NCBI RefSeq assembly: GCF_016127575.1
Contig: NZ_CP066019.1
Coordinates: 1,140,001-1,172,000, forward strand
Direction of reading: 5' to 3'
Length of the DNA stretch: 32,000 nucleotides
Source: Cupriavidus necator
GTDB taxonomy: Bacteria; Pseudomonadota; Gammaproteobacteria; Burkholderiales; Burkholderiaceae
Positions 1 to 9,297 of the stretch are shown piece by piece (positions within the stretch are counted from its first letter, which is position 1; each line of letters starts with the position of its first letter). A program made the position numbers and the translations under genes. The notes under the pieces are model-generated. The model had not been told where the DNA came from. It saw nothing but the letters and a program-made list of their open reading frames with translations, and did not search any database.

Positions 1-107
1 GCAGACCTTTTTGCGTACCGGCGAATTCGACGGGTTTCGTTTTTCTCCTGGCGGCCATCGGCGCATGGCGTACCGGGCTGCGCCACTACACGTCGACTGG
101 CAGCTAG
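1..107 (+). CDS. 3' end of a membrane protein gene cut by the window edge (ABC-2-type permease-like C-terminus)
   Basis: The frame is open from the window edge to TAG at 105-107. It translates to ...TGFVFLLAAIGAWRTGLRHYTSTGS*, a hydrophobic segment followed by a basic tail. The family assignment is from memory of similar C-termini only. Confidence 0.3.
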   Translation, partial: RPFCVPANSTGFVFLLAAIGAWRTGLRHYTSTGS

Positions 108-434
108 CTGGTCACGGTCTGGGCCGATATTGAGCGTCAGCCTTCGCGGTGGCGCAGATTGACGACCGCGAGAGGGACTCCGCTGACATCTGACGGCCGG
201 CGAACACCATGTCTGTGTGGCCGCCTTCGACCATGCACGTATTTGTCTGGAAGCGAACAGAGCATGTCTCACGAGGGCTAGTACCGTTGGGATCGGCGGG
301 TGGGCTGCATGGCAAGCCCTGTCGCCGATGACGCGACGAGGCAAGGCTCAGGGCAGTTGCCTGCGTCATAAGGCGGGGCGGCGTGTGCCGTGGGCGCTAC
401 CGCTTCTGCGCAGCCATGGCGCGCTGGGGATGCC

Positions 435-1160
435 GTGTCAAATTTCTATGATCTTTCGGGGAAGGCAGCGCTGGTGACCGGCGGTGCAAAGGGGCTCGGC
501 CGGGCGATCGTTGCGCAACTGATCGACAGTGGTGCGCGTGTGCATGCTTGGGATATCGTGCCGTTCCAGATGGAAGGTGCCAGCACTGAGGTCGTCGATG
601 TCTCCGATGCCGGGCAGGTGGGGCTGGCGCTGGCGCGACTGGTCGATGCGGGATATCGCTTCGACATCCTGGTCAACGCTGCCGGCTACCTTGGCCCGAT
701 GCAGCCATTCGAGAATCACGAGGCTTCACAATGGCATCGCATCATCGCCGTGAATCTCCTGGGGACCATGTACGTCGTGCAGGCGATGTTGCCGCACATG
801 TTGCGCTGGGGAGGCGGCCGTATCATCAATATGGGCTCGCTGGCCGGCAAGGAGGGGCTGGCCGGGCTGGCTGCATACTCCGCGGCCAGCGGCGGCGTGG
901 TCGTTCTAACCAAAGCAATCGGCCGCGAACTGGTGAAGCGCAACATCTACGTTAATTGCGTGGCGCCCGGGCCCATGGATACCGACATGATTCACGGGCT
1001 CGGCAGCCACGAGGTGGCGGCCATGGTTGCTGATAGCCCGGCCGGGCGCCTGGGCGATCCGGCCGAGGCTGCGCACCTGGTAGCGTGGCTATGTTCGGAC
1101 GCCAGCCGCTTTAATGCAGGCGCTGTCTTTGACATGTCCGGTGGGCGGGCGCGATTTTAA
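435..1160 (+). CDS. Short-chain dehydrogenase/reductase (3-oxoacyl-ACP reductase-like)
   Basis: The ORF is 390..1160. It carries the TGGAKGLG Rossmann motif, NAAG, and a YSAASGGV..K catalytic region. GTG at 435 (VSNFYDLSGKAALVTGG) follows GGGGA and gives the usual short N-terminus; GTG at 390 is the alternative start. Confidence 0.85.
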   Translation: MSNFYDLSGKAALVTGGAKGLGRAIVAQLIDSGARVHAWDIVPFQMEGASTEVVDVSDAGQVGLALARLVDAGYRFDILVNAAGYLGPMQPFENHEASQWHRIIAVNLLGTMYVVQAMLPHMLRWGGGRIINMGSLAGKEGLAGLAAYSAASGGVVVLTKAIGRELVKRNIYVNCVAPGPMDTDMIHGLGSHEVAAMVADSPAGRLGDPAEAAHLVAWLCSDASRFNAGAVFDMSGGRARF

Positions 1161-1660
1161 GGAAGTGCGGATCTTCGGTTGGCATGCCGTGAGATCGATT
1201 CGATAATCCGCTCCGACCCGGGCGTCTACGGCTTGATCTTCCGCGAATCGCAGCACGCGACACAGACGGCATTCGAGCCAAGCTTCGTGGCGCGAACGGC
1301 TGCCGTCTTACCCGGCTATGGGCATTCGGCGGGCGGCCTGACATAGTAGTTCCCCCGCAAAAACCGGGACCGCTGATTGGCGGTTCGCCAATCTCCATGG
1401 TTGGCATTGCGCTGCGCCGGGCTGATAATCACGACAGTGGTCTTGGGAGGATGCATAACGACGAGGGCTGAGGAGGGGGACAGCCAGGTCCTGGCTGGAT
1501 GCGGCGTTTGCTGGCGCGTACCAGCGCGCCTGGGCCGCCCTTCAGGATCCCTCGCCATTGCTACCTGCCGCATCGCAACGACATATTGCCCGGACTCCGC
1601 TGCTGCGCCTGACTGGCACCCGCCGGCGGTCTTCCTGTCCCAGTTTTCCAGGAGCTAGCC

Positions 1661-2797
1661 ATGAATGATCCACAGAAATCCCCGTTGACCATTGCCGAGG
1701 GTTGGCAGGCGCCACCGGACCGCACCGGCGTGACTGACGACGCCCGCGTCGAAGACATCATTCCGCTGCCTCCGCCTGAACACCTGATCCGTTTCTTCCC
1801 GATCCGGGGCACGCCGGTCGAATCCCTGGTCACCCAGACGCGCCAGCGAATCTCGCGCATTCTGCACGGCAAGGATGACCGGCTGCTTGTGATCATGGGA
1901 CCTTGCTCGATCCACGACCCGCAGGCGGCACTCGAGTACGCACGGCGGTTGATGGAGCAGCGGCAGCGCTACGCCGGGTCGCTGGAGATCGTGATGCGTG
2001 TGTACTTCGAGAAGCCGCGTACCACGGTGGGCTGGAAAGGACTGATCAACGACCCCTACCTGGACGAAAGCTATCGCATCGATGAGGGCCTGCGCATCGC
2101 GCGCAGCCTGCTGGTTGATATCAATCGCCTCGGTTTGCCGGCGGCCGGTGAGTTCCTGGACGTGATCTCGCCCCAGTACATAGGTGACCTGATCTGCTGG
2201 GGCGCGATTGGTGCCCGCACCACCGAGAGCCAGGTGCACCGCGAGCTGGCTTCGGGCATTTCAGCACCGATTGGCTTCAAGAATGGCACTGACGGCAACA
2301 TCAAGATTGCCATCGACGCTATCCAGGCCGCATCGCGTCCACATCACTTCCTGGGAGTGCACAAGAACGGGCAGGTGGCGACGGTGCATACCAAGGGCAA
2401 CCCGGACTGCCACGTCATTCTCCGCGGCGGCAAGGCCCCGAACTACGATGCGGATTCCGTGGCGGCCGCCTGCAGGGAACTGGAAGCGGCCGGGCTCGGT
2501 AACTCGCTGATGGTGGATTGCAGCCATGCCAACAGCAGTAAGCAACACCTGCGGCAGGTCGATGTCGCGCGGGACGTGGCGCAACAGATCAGCGGCGGCA
2601 GTGACTCCATTTTCGGGGTGATGGTCGAGAGCCATCTGGTCCCCGGCGCGCAGAAGTTCACCCCGGGCGTGCACAGTCCGTCGGCGTTGTCATACGGACA
2701 GAGCATTACGGACGCCTGCATCGGATGGGACGACTCGGTGGCAGTGCTGGACATGCTTAGTGAGGCGGTCAACCTGCGCCGCAGGTTGGCTTTGTAG
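1661..2797 (+). CDS. aroG: 3-deoxy-7-phosphoheptulonate (DAHP) synthase, class I (AroF/G/H type)
   Basis: 378 aa with DDRLLVIMGPCSIHD, KPRTTVGWKGLINDP and the IGARTTESQVHRELASG signatures of class I DAHP synthases. CCAGGAG lies 6 nt upstream of the ATG. The isozyme specificity (Phe/Tyr/Trp) cannot be read from the sequence. Confidence 0.9.
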   Translation: MNDPQKSPLTIAEGWQAPPDRTGVTDDARVEDIIPLPPPEHLIRFFPIRGTPVESLVTQTRQRISRILHGKDDRLLVIMGPCSIHDPQAALEYARRLMEQRQRYAGSLEIVMRVYFEKPRTTVGWKGLINDPYLDESYRIDEGLRIARSLLVDINRLGLPAAGEFLDVISPQYIGDLICWGAIGARTTESQVHRELASGISAPIGFKNGTDGNIKIAIDAIQAASRPHHFLGVHKNGQVATVHTKGNPDCHVILRGGKAPNYDADSVAAACRELEAAGLGNSLMVDCSHANSSKQHLRQVDVARDVAQQISGGSDSIFGVMVESHLVPGAQKFTPGVHSPSALSYGQSITDACIGWDDSVAVLDMLSEAVNLRRRLAL

Positions 2798-2842
2798 CCA
2801 TAGGAAAAGACGTCAGGTCACTTCATGCCTCCAGTATTCGCA

Positions 2843-3919
2843 TCAGAACCGGTGGCGAACGCCCATCACGGCACCCGCCTGGTTCTTGCCCGGCTGTACG
2901 TTGAAGACGGCCGACGTGCCGCTGCCGCTGTTGAAGCCGTTGACGCCCAGTGCCGAATTATCCTTGTTTAGCGCGTAGGAGACTGACGCGTAGAGGTCGG
3001 TGCGCTTGCTGAGCAAATAGTCGCCGGTCAGCACGAACTGCCACGGGTCAGACCCAGTCTGCCGGAAGTCCTGGTAGTAGGCCGTGCCAGTCAGGGAAAA
3101 CGCCTGCGTCAGCTTGTAAGCCAGGCCCAGCCAGTAAAGGTTCGAGCCGGCATTGGCCTCCTGGGCGCCCGGCAGCATGGCCCCATCATAGGCCTTCGCC
3201 AGGCGGTAGCCCACATATACCTTGGCATCACTCACCGCATACGTGCCGGCCACGGAAACGCGTCGCAGGACCGGCGCCTGGTTTGAGGGCGTGCCGACGT
3301 GCGCATCGTCATAGGCCACGCCGAGCGCGAAGGGGCCGGAGGCATAGTTGACGAACGCGCCGAAATTGCGCCCGAATACGTTGCTGCCCGCCACTTCGCT
3401 GCCATTAGCCTGGAAGGAGTAGAAAGCCTGTGCGGTGAGTCTCCCGAACTTTCCGACATATTTGACGGCATTGTCTGCGCGCGCTCCAAATTCTGGAGCA
3501 ATCGAGAGGATGCCGTAGCGGTCAGCAATCGCATTAGGATCGTAGATATTGCCGAATTCGCGCATGGCGGTCTGCTGCCGCCCGAACAGCAGTGAGCCAT
3601 AGTGGCTATCCAGCCCCACATAGGCGCCGCGGCCGAACAGACGCCCGCCCTGGGCCGAATTGCCGGTATCGATGTCGAAGCCGCTTTCCAGATAAAAGAC
3701 CGCCTTCAGCCCGCTGCCCAGATCCTCCACGCCACGCAGACCCCAACGCGAGCCAGACTGGTTCCCGGAAACCAGTCGCACGACACTGTCACCGTTGCGC
3801 CCAGCATTGTTGTTGAACTCGATACCAGCGTCGGCGATACCGAACAGCGTCACGCCGGACTGGGCAGACACGGCATTGGCTGCGACGGATGCGGCAACGA
3901 CCGCAAGAATCTTTTTCAT
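2843..3919 (-). CDS. Outer-membrane general porin (beta-proteobacterial OmpC/Porin_4 type)
   Basis: The internal start MKKILAVVAASVAANAVSAQSG is a signal peptide preceded by GAGAGG. The protein shows the GVTLFGIADAGIE...SRWGLRG pattern, alternating beta-strands and a C-terminal ...GVRHRF. The upstream part of ORF 2843..4081 looks non-coding. Confidence 0.88.
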   Translation of the reverse strand: MKKILAVVAASVAANAVSAQSGVTLFGIADAGIEFNNNAGRNGDSVVRLVSGNQSGSRWGLRGVEDLGSGLKAVFYLESGFDIDTGNSAQGGRLFGRGAYVGLDSHYGSLLFGRQQTAMREFGNIYDPNAIADRYGILSIAPEFGARADNAVKYVGKFGRLTAQAFYSFQANGSEVAGSNVFGRNFGAFVNYASGPFALGVAYDDAHVGTPSNQAPVLRRVSVAGTYAVSDAKVYVGYRLAKAYDGAMLPGAQEANAGSNLYWLGLAYKLTQAFSLTGTAYYQDFRQTGSDPWQFVLTGDYLLSKRTDLYASVSYALNKDNSALGVNGFNSGSGTSAVFNVQPGKNQAGAVMGVRHRF

Positions 3920-4711
3920 CTGACCTCTCATTTTGCTCATGGCAGACGTGCATGGCACTGCCATGCAGTGCCCGCAGATTAACCAACTACCGGCGGCCAA
4001 TGCTTGCATACCCCGTCCATGCCGCGCGTAGCCACGGAACAAGCGTACATATCGACACAGGTCATTCCGCGGCACACGCACTTTGAAGCTGAATTGTATT
4101 GCTGTGTATCTGGATACGATGGACTATTGAGCGATGCTTTGTGCGAATGCCCACCGAATACGCTGTGATGGAAGGGAACGTGATCTGCGGCCTCACAAGA
4201 AGCTGTTGCGAAATCAGTTCATGCAGTGCTTTAGCCTGCTCCGGCAAATCAGTGAACAGGCAAGGGACAGGGAGGGTTCGAGGACATCGACATATCGTTC
4301 GTATCGAAGCTCTAGGCGTCTGAACGAGTGGAGCCAGTCGAGCGCTCCACGCTGATCCGCTATTCAGGAATTTGTAGCAAAAAGGCACCCCGTAGCCGGG
4401 GGACTAGCGGGGCGCTCAAGGCATTGCAGGCTGGATTGGAGCCTGCCTCCCGGAGTGTGCAGATGGGCACCCACACGCGATGTTCGCTTGCGCACGCATT
4501 GCGGACGAGTGATTGTATTTTCGTGATGTCGGAACAATCGTAAGCGCCGGCGGGCCGCTCGACCGCTCGAAGCTTATCGATGTCATGTCTAGGTACGGGC
4601 TGGTGCCGGCGCCACCACCACAATGAAAACTGGGCGTCGATTTTTCGGGAGACTCATCTGACTGCTCAGGGTCGACAAGAGGCCTTCGTTCACCCCGCAA
4701 GTCGCCATCCC

Positions 4712-4748
4712 AAAAAAAACGTGGCGAGCCTGGTAGCTCGCCACGTTT
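4712..4748 (-). terminator. Rho-independent terminator of the Bug-family gene
   Basis: A perfect 13-bp stem (4717-4729 pairs with 4736-4748) has the 6-nt loop CTGGTA. On the minus strand it is followed by a U-tract (plus-strand A8 at 4712-4719; the stem's lower bases are part of this run). It lies 31 nt downstream of the stop at 4779. Confidence 0.8.
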
Positions 4749-4778
4749 ATACCCGGGCTTGTATCGCGGTCTGCAACC

Positions 4779-5780
4779 TCAATCCAGCGTAATTTTCCCC
4801 GCCTTAACAATCTCCCCGTAGCGCGTGGTATCGCGCTCGATCAGCTTGCGGAATTCTTCAGAAGTACCGCCCACCGGCACAAAACCGAGATCGGTCAGCT
4901 TCTTCGCGACCTCCGGGCTGCGCGTGGCCGCGGCGATTTCCCTGGCCATGCGGGCCACGATCGGTTGGGGCGTGCCGGCAGGCGCCATCAGCCCGGTCCA
5001 GGAACTCATCACGAAGCCGGGAAAACCTGCTTCTTCCATGGTCGGGATGTTGGGCTCGCCTGGCCAGCGCTTGGCGGAGGCCACGGCCAGCACATTGATC
5101 TTGCCCGATTTCACATGCGGCATCGGCACCAGCAGCGGGTCGAAGGCGACCGAGACTTCGCCGGACACCAGCGCGGGCAGGATCGGCGCGCTGCCGTTGT
5201 ACGGCACGTGGGTCAGCTTGAGCTTCGATTCCATCGCCAGTCGCTCGCCCGTCAGGTGCGCGGAGCTGCCGACGCCGCTGGAACCAAAGGTCAGCGTGTC
5301 GGGGTGCTTCTTGCCGTAGTCGACCAGTTCGGCGACGGTCTTGACCGGCAGCTTCTTGCTGGAGAACAGGAACAGCGGCAGCTCGGCCATTTCCGCCACC
5401 GGCACCAGGTCCGTGGGCTTGTAGCTGAGCTTGGAATACAGCGACATGTTCGCGCTGTAGGCGGCAAGTACCGACACGAAGGTGTAGCCATCCGGCGCCG
5501 AGCGCGCGGCCACGCCGACGCCCAGGGTGCTGTTGGCGCCGGGCTTGTTTTCGATGATGATCGGCTGGCCCAGCCGCTGCGAGACTCTTTCGAACACGAC
5601 GCGCGAGACGGTGTCGGTGGACCCGCCCGGTGTGTAAGGCACGATCACCTTGATCGGCTTGGCCGGCCACGCTTCGGCGGCGAGGGCAGTGGGGGCGGTG
5701 TGGGCGGCGGCCAGGCCGGCAATGGCCATGGCGGCGAAACGCGCGCTGCGCGCCACGCGGTGCTTGATGCTGGACTTCAA
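4779..5780 (-). CDS. Bug-family (TctC-like) tripartite tricarboxylate transporter substrate-binding protein
   Basis: 333 aa with a signal peptide ending ALAAEAWP. It carries KPIKVIVPYTPGGSTD and the IIENKPGANS motifs typical of Bug/TctC proteins. The start is TTG, 5 nt after AAGGAGA. Confidence 0.88.
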   Translation of the reverse strand: MKSSIKHRVARSARFAAMAIAGLAAAHTAPTALAAEAWPAKPIKVIVPYTPGGSTDTVSRVVFERVSQRLGQPIIIENKPGANSTLGVGVAARSAPDGYTFVSVLAAYSANMSLYSKLSYKPTDLVPVAEMAELPLFLFSSKKLPVKTVAELVDYGKKHPDTLTFGSSGVGSSAHLTGERLAMESKLKLTHVPYNGSAPILPALVSGEVSVAFDPLLVPMPHVKSGKINVLAVASAKRWPGEPNIPTMEEAGFPGFVMSSWTGLMAPAGTPQPIVARMAREIAAATRSPEVAKKLTDLGFVPVGGTSEEFRKLIERDTTRYGEIVKAGKITLD

Positions 5781-5955
5781 CTACATCTCCTTCTTTGGCT
5801 TCTTCGACTATCCCCTGGCGGGGATGCTGCGGCCGGATATTCCGGCCGGCCAATTATGCGGGACGCAGTTTCGAAGAACCGTGGCGGTACCGCCCAAATC
5901 GCGGGCGCGGGCCATCCACTGTGCGATAGCCGCACTGGGCGGACGGCTATCGGCG

Positions 5956-6816
5956 TCAGAATTCGTAGTTGATCGACAGGTCGAAGACCCCGTTGGTCGA
6001 CTTGCGCGTGATCGGGCTGTCCGCCGCATCGCCGGCCAGTTGCGAGATCGCGATATCGCTGGTGGCAAACCAGTGCTTGTTGAAATACCACACCGCACTG
6101 ACGCCGAAGCCGTAGGACTTGATGCCGCCGCGCGCATGGTAGGCGGGCCGTCCGGCGCGGGCCTGCGAGTCGCTGACGCCGTACCAGGCGTTCATATAGC
6201 GCGAGTCGGCCAGCGTCACGGTGGGGCCGGCAAACCAGAAGAATTTCTCGGAGCTGCCCGGCAGCGGCATATAGGCGCCGATATCGCCGACCCAGCCGTC
6301 GCTGCCGCCCAGGCTGCGGCGCGCGTCGATGCGCAGCACCAGCGGGAATTCCTTCGAGACCGCGTATTCAGCGAACAGCTTGCCTTCGGGCGCCGGGTTG
6401 ATATTGCCCATGCCGTCCAGGTGCGGCGAGTCCTCCTTTGCGCGCCGCCCAAGGTTGTAGGACAGCGCGATCCCCGCGCGCCAGTTCTTGCCCCGCAGCA
6501 GGTTCACGCCCAGCCCTTCGCCGATCGAGGCAAAGGCCAGGTCGCGGTAGCGGATATCGATGCTGGGCCCGCCGATGAGGATGTATTCCGACGAGCCGTC
6601 GTAGCGCGGCCGCACCATGGCCGCGGCGCCGAGCCGGACTTGCCAGTCGGGGATGGTGTCTTCAAACAGCTTCTGTAACGGGATGCCGGCGGAGAACTGC
6701 CATTCCGCCAGCGGTGCCGGGGTCTGGGCGCTGGCCAGGCCCGGGGCCAGGACGGCGCCGGCGGCCAGCAGCAGGGCAATGCACGAGAACGGACGCTTGG
6801 GGTAGAGCTCGGTCAC
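5956..6816 (-). CDS. MipA/OmpV family outer-membrane scaffolding protein
   Basis: The protein shows DWQVRLGAAAMVRPRYDGS...IDIRYRDLAFASIGEGLGVNLL...SINYEF, an MipA-like beta-barrel ending in F. GTG at 6816 lies 5 nt after GGAGG and gives the signal peptide ...LAPGLASAQ. The longer ORF reaching 6909 lacks an RBS. Confidence 0.8.
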   Translation of the reverse strand: MTELYPKRPFSCIALLLAAGAVLAPGLASAQTPAPLAEWQFSAGIPLQKLFEDTIPDWQVRLGAAAMVRPRYDGSSEYILIGGPSIDIRYRDLAFASIGEGLGVNLLRGKNWRAGIALSYNLGRRAKEDSPHLDGMGNINPAPEGKLFAEYAVSKEFPLVLRIDARRSLGGSDGWVGDIGAYMPLPGSSEKFFWFAGPTVTLADSRYMNAWYGVSDSQARAGRPAYHARGGIKSYGFGVSAVWYFNKHWFATSDIAISQLAGDAADSPITRKSTNGVFDLSINYEF

Positions 6817-6927
6817 GGCAGCCTCCACGCCCGCCAGGCGGGCAGTCAGGTTGCGGGCACGAGGCCCGTGGGCGACATCTTTCCATTGGATGGCGGCCAG
6901 CGCAACCACCCGGGGCCTGAGCGGGCC

Positions 6928-7442
6928 TCAGTCCAGCAGCTTGTCCAGCGTAATCGGCAGGTCCCGTACGCGCCGGCGTCGATGGTGCCGACGTCGGCAT
7001 TGACCGGCACGTGGTACTCGGCCAGGTTGGCATTGGCAACGCGCCCGGTGACGGGATCCAGCTCGGTCTTCTCATGCAGCGCCATGCCGATGCCCCAGAT
7101 AATGCCGCCCTTGAGCTGGCTGTGCGCGGTCTTGCGGTTCAGCAGCCGGCCCACGCCGTAGCTGGCGACGATGCGGTGGACGCGGATCTCGCCCAGGTCG
7201 GGATCGACGTGGACCTCTGCAAAGACCGCGCCAAACGCGTGCATTGCGTATTGCTTCCGCTCCTTGCCGGGCCTGGCGCTGGCCCGCGCTTCAATCGCGT
7301 GGCCGCCTGCGCGGGTGATCGGCGCGGACACGGATTCGCGCTGCGTCGGATCGGATCGGCGTTGCAGCCAGCCGTCGCTGATCTCCACTTCTTTCGCCGG
7401 CACGCCCGACAGCGGCGAGGCAGCGGCTGAACCGAACTTGCC
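6928..7442 (-). pseudogene. C-terminal remnant of a xanthine dehydrogenase/aldehyde oxidase family molybdopterin-binding subunit
   Basis: Only about 170 aa are present (…YAMHAFGAVFAEVHVDPDLGEIRVHRIVASYGVGRLLN…EYHVPVNADVGTID). The frame breaks near 6975, and the family-typical end RVRDLPITLDKLLD* is then read in another frame (stop 6928-6930). The N-terminal ~550 aa are absent. Confidence 0.75.
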
Positions 7443-7752
7443 TCACCAGCCTGGGCCTCGGCCAGCATGCCCACCGCAGAGCAGATCTGGCCCGGCGTGC
7501 AGAAGCCGCACTGCAGCGCGTCGTGCGCGAGGAAGGCGGCCTGCATCGGATGCAGCGCGCCGCACTGGCCGCGGTCGCAGCCCTTCTTGGCGCCGGTCAG
7601 GTGGATCACTTCGCGCAGCGCGTCAAGCAGCGTGCAGCGGGGCTCCAGCTGCAGCGTGCAGGGCTTGCCGTTGATGTGCAGCGTGACAGGGCGGGCGGCG
7701 GTGCCGGGGGCAGGGCGGTGCTGCACTGGGCGGGGGCCTTGTCTTCGGACAT
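7443..7752 (-). pseudogene. Remnant of the (2Fe-2S)-binding small subunit of the same oxidoreductase
   Basis: The core reads VTLHINGKPCTLQLEPRCTLLDALRE...GCDRGQCGA|LHPMQAAF...LQCGFCTPGQICSAV. It has an internal in-frame deletion and a missing C-terminus. The ATG at 7752 is out of frame with this core. Confidence 0.7.
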
Positions 7753-7937
7753 TTGCGGGCCTTCTGTGGGAACTCCGGCACGGTTGGGGACGGTGCCTGG
7801 GATGCAGGAAGGCTGCAAGTTCAGTGCCGGGGATGGCCGTGGCGATGGGCCTGAGGAAAGCCAGGGGAAGCCATGGCTGGAAAGTCAAAACTCCACGGCG
7901 TTTGTAGAGATTACGCTGGCGCGTCCCATGCGCCGCC

Positions 7938-7965
7938 AAATAAAAAACGGCGCCCGAAGGCGCCG
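7938..7965 (-). terminator. Rho-independent terminator of tyrB
   Basis: Stem CGGCGCC (7948-7954) pairs with GGCGCCG (7959-7965) around the loop CGAA. On the minus strand it is followed by TTTTTTATTT (plus 7938-7947). It lies 27 nt after the tyrB stop. Confidence 0.75.
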
Positions 7966-7991
7966 CCTGGTGATGCCGTCTGCCGTCAGGC

Positions 7992-9188
7992 TCAGCCCTT
8001 CAGCACACTCCCGATGGCCTTGGCCACGATCCCTACATTGCGCTCGTTCAGCCCGGCCACGCACATGCGGCCCGAGCGCAGCAGGTACACGCCATGCTGC
8101 TCGCGCAGGCGCTCGGCCTGGTCGGCGGTGAGGCCGGTGTAGGTGAACATGCCGCGCTGGGTCAGGTAGCGCGACAGGGCCTCGCCGCTGACATGGTCGC
8201 GCAGGTTGTGATGGATCGCCTCGCGCATGCGCGCGATGCGGCCGCACATCTGGGCCAGTTCTTCTTCCCACAGCTGGCGCAGCTCGGGCGTGGTCAGCAC
8301 CTTGGACACCACGCGCGCGCCGTGCGTGGGCGGGTTGCTGTAGTTGGCGCGCACCGCGCCGGTCAGCTGGCCCAGCACGTTGGTGGCTTCGCCGGCGGTG
8401 TTGCAGAACACGCTCAGGCCGCCGCAGCGCTCGCCGTACAGCGAGAAGTTCTTCGAGAACGAGTTGGCCACCAGGCAGGGCACGTCCTGCGCCACCAGCT
8501 CGCGGATGGCGAAGGCGTCGTCTTCCAGGCCGGCGCCGAAGCCCTGGTAGGCCATGTCGACGAACGGCAGCAGCTGGTTGGCCTTGAGCAGCGCGATCAG
8601 CTGGCGCCACTGGTCCTGGTTCAGGTCCACGCCGGTCGGGTTGTGGCAGCAGGCGTGCAGCAGCACGATGCTGCCCGCGGGGATGGTACGCAGCGCGTCC
8701 ATCATCGCGTCGAACTTCAGGCCGCCGGTGGCGTCGTCATAGTACGGGTAGGTATTGACGGTGAAGCCGGCGCGCTCGAACACCACGCGGTGGTTTTCCC
8801 AGCTGGGATCGCTGATCCACACCTGCGCCTGCGGGTAGTAGCGCTTGAGGAAATCGGCGCCCACGCGCAGCGCGCCCGAGCCGCCCAGCGTCTGCAGCGT
8901 GGCGATGCGGCCGGCGGCGCGCGCCGGCGAGTTTTCGCCGAACACCAGCGCCTGCACCGCGTTGCGGTAGGCCACCAGGCCCGACATCGGCAGGTAGGGG
9001 CGCGGGCCCATGTCGGCCAGCAGCGCGGCTTCGGCCTTGGCCACGGCCTGCATCACCGGCAGGCGGCCCTCGTCGTCAAAGTAGATGCCGATGCTCAGGT
9101 TGACCTTGTCGGTACGCGGGTCGCGCTGGAAGTCCTCGTTGAGCGAGAGGATCGGATCGCCGGGAAATGCCTCGATGTGTGCAAACAT
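7992..9188 (-). CDS. tyrB: Aromatic amino acid aminotransferase (class I, TyrB/AspC type)
   Basis: 398 aa beginning MFAHIEAFPGDPILSLNEDFQRDPRTDKVNLSIGIYFDDEG. It also shows NPTG and the SFSKNFSLYGERCG PLP-lysine region. Confidence 0.9.
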   Translation of the reverse strand: MFAHIEAFPGDPILSLNEDFQRDPRTDKVNLSIGIYFDDEGRLPVMQAVAKAEAALLADMGPRPYLPMSGLVAYRNAVQALVFGENSPARAAGRIATLQTLGGSGALRVGADFLKRYYPQAQVWISDPSWENHRVVFERAGFTVNTYPYYDDATGGLKFDAMMDALRTIPAGSIVLLHACCHNPTGVDLNQDQWRQLIALLKANQLLPFVDMAYQGFGAGLEDDAFAIRELVAQDVPCLVANSFSKNFSLYGERCGGLSVFCNTAGEATNVLGQLTGAVRANYSNPPTHGARVVSKVLTTPELRQLWEEELAQMCGRIARMREAIHHNLRDHVSGEALSRYLTQRGMFTYTGLTADQAERLREQHGVYLLRSGRMCVAGLNERNVGIVAKAIGSVLKG

Positions 9189-9260
9189 GGGATGCGATGG
9201 AATTGGGTCGGGGGGCAGCTGCCGCGGCGCAGGGGGCGTCGCGCAGCCTGAATTCTAACC

Positions 9261-9289
9261 GGCGGCGCCCGCAGTCTGCAGGCGCCGCC
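9261..9289 (-). other. GC-rich hairpin between aroP and tyrB
   Basis: GGCGGCGCC (9261-9269) and GGCGCCGCC (9281-9289) are perfect reverse complements around an 11-nt loop. No U-tract follows, so termination is doubtful. Confidence 0.3.
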
Positions 9290-9297
9290 TTGCCGCT

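Noticed and set aside
112-477. Overlapping ORFs 112..369 (-) and 217..477 (+) upstream of the SDR gene.
   Set aside because: They have no RBS and no recognisable motifs. They are mutually overlapping on opposite strands, and one runs into the SDR start region. I treat the region as non-coding promoter DNA.
1377-1658. A 93-aa ORF ending 2 nt before the DAHP synthase ATG, with a lipobox-like N-terminus (LIITTVVLGGC) and nine cysteines.
   Set aside because: Only a TTG start is available and it has no RBS. The start sits inside the 1375-1393 hairpin. Third-position GC is visibly lower than in the neighbouring genes, and I recognise no family. It is probably a chance ORF, and conservation in relatives would be needed to revive it.
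3920-4081. N-terminal extensions in the ORF track: porin to 4081, MipA to 6909, TetR to 18174, patatin to 19253, yceH to 20174, ada to 23692, oxygenase to 24021, dipeptidase to 26871.
   Set aside because: The internal starts give canonical N-termini (signal peptides, HTH, GGGxxG) and most of them have Shine-Dalgarno sequences. The extensions are Arg/Pro-rich, overlap neighbouring genes or promoters, and have no family similarity.
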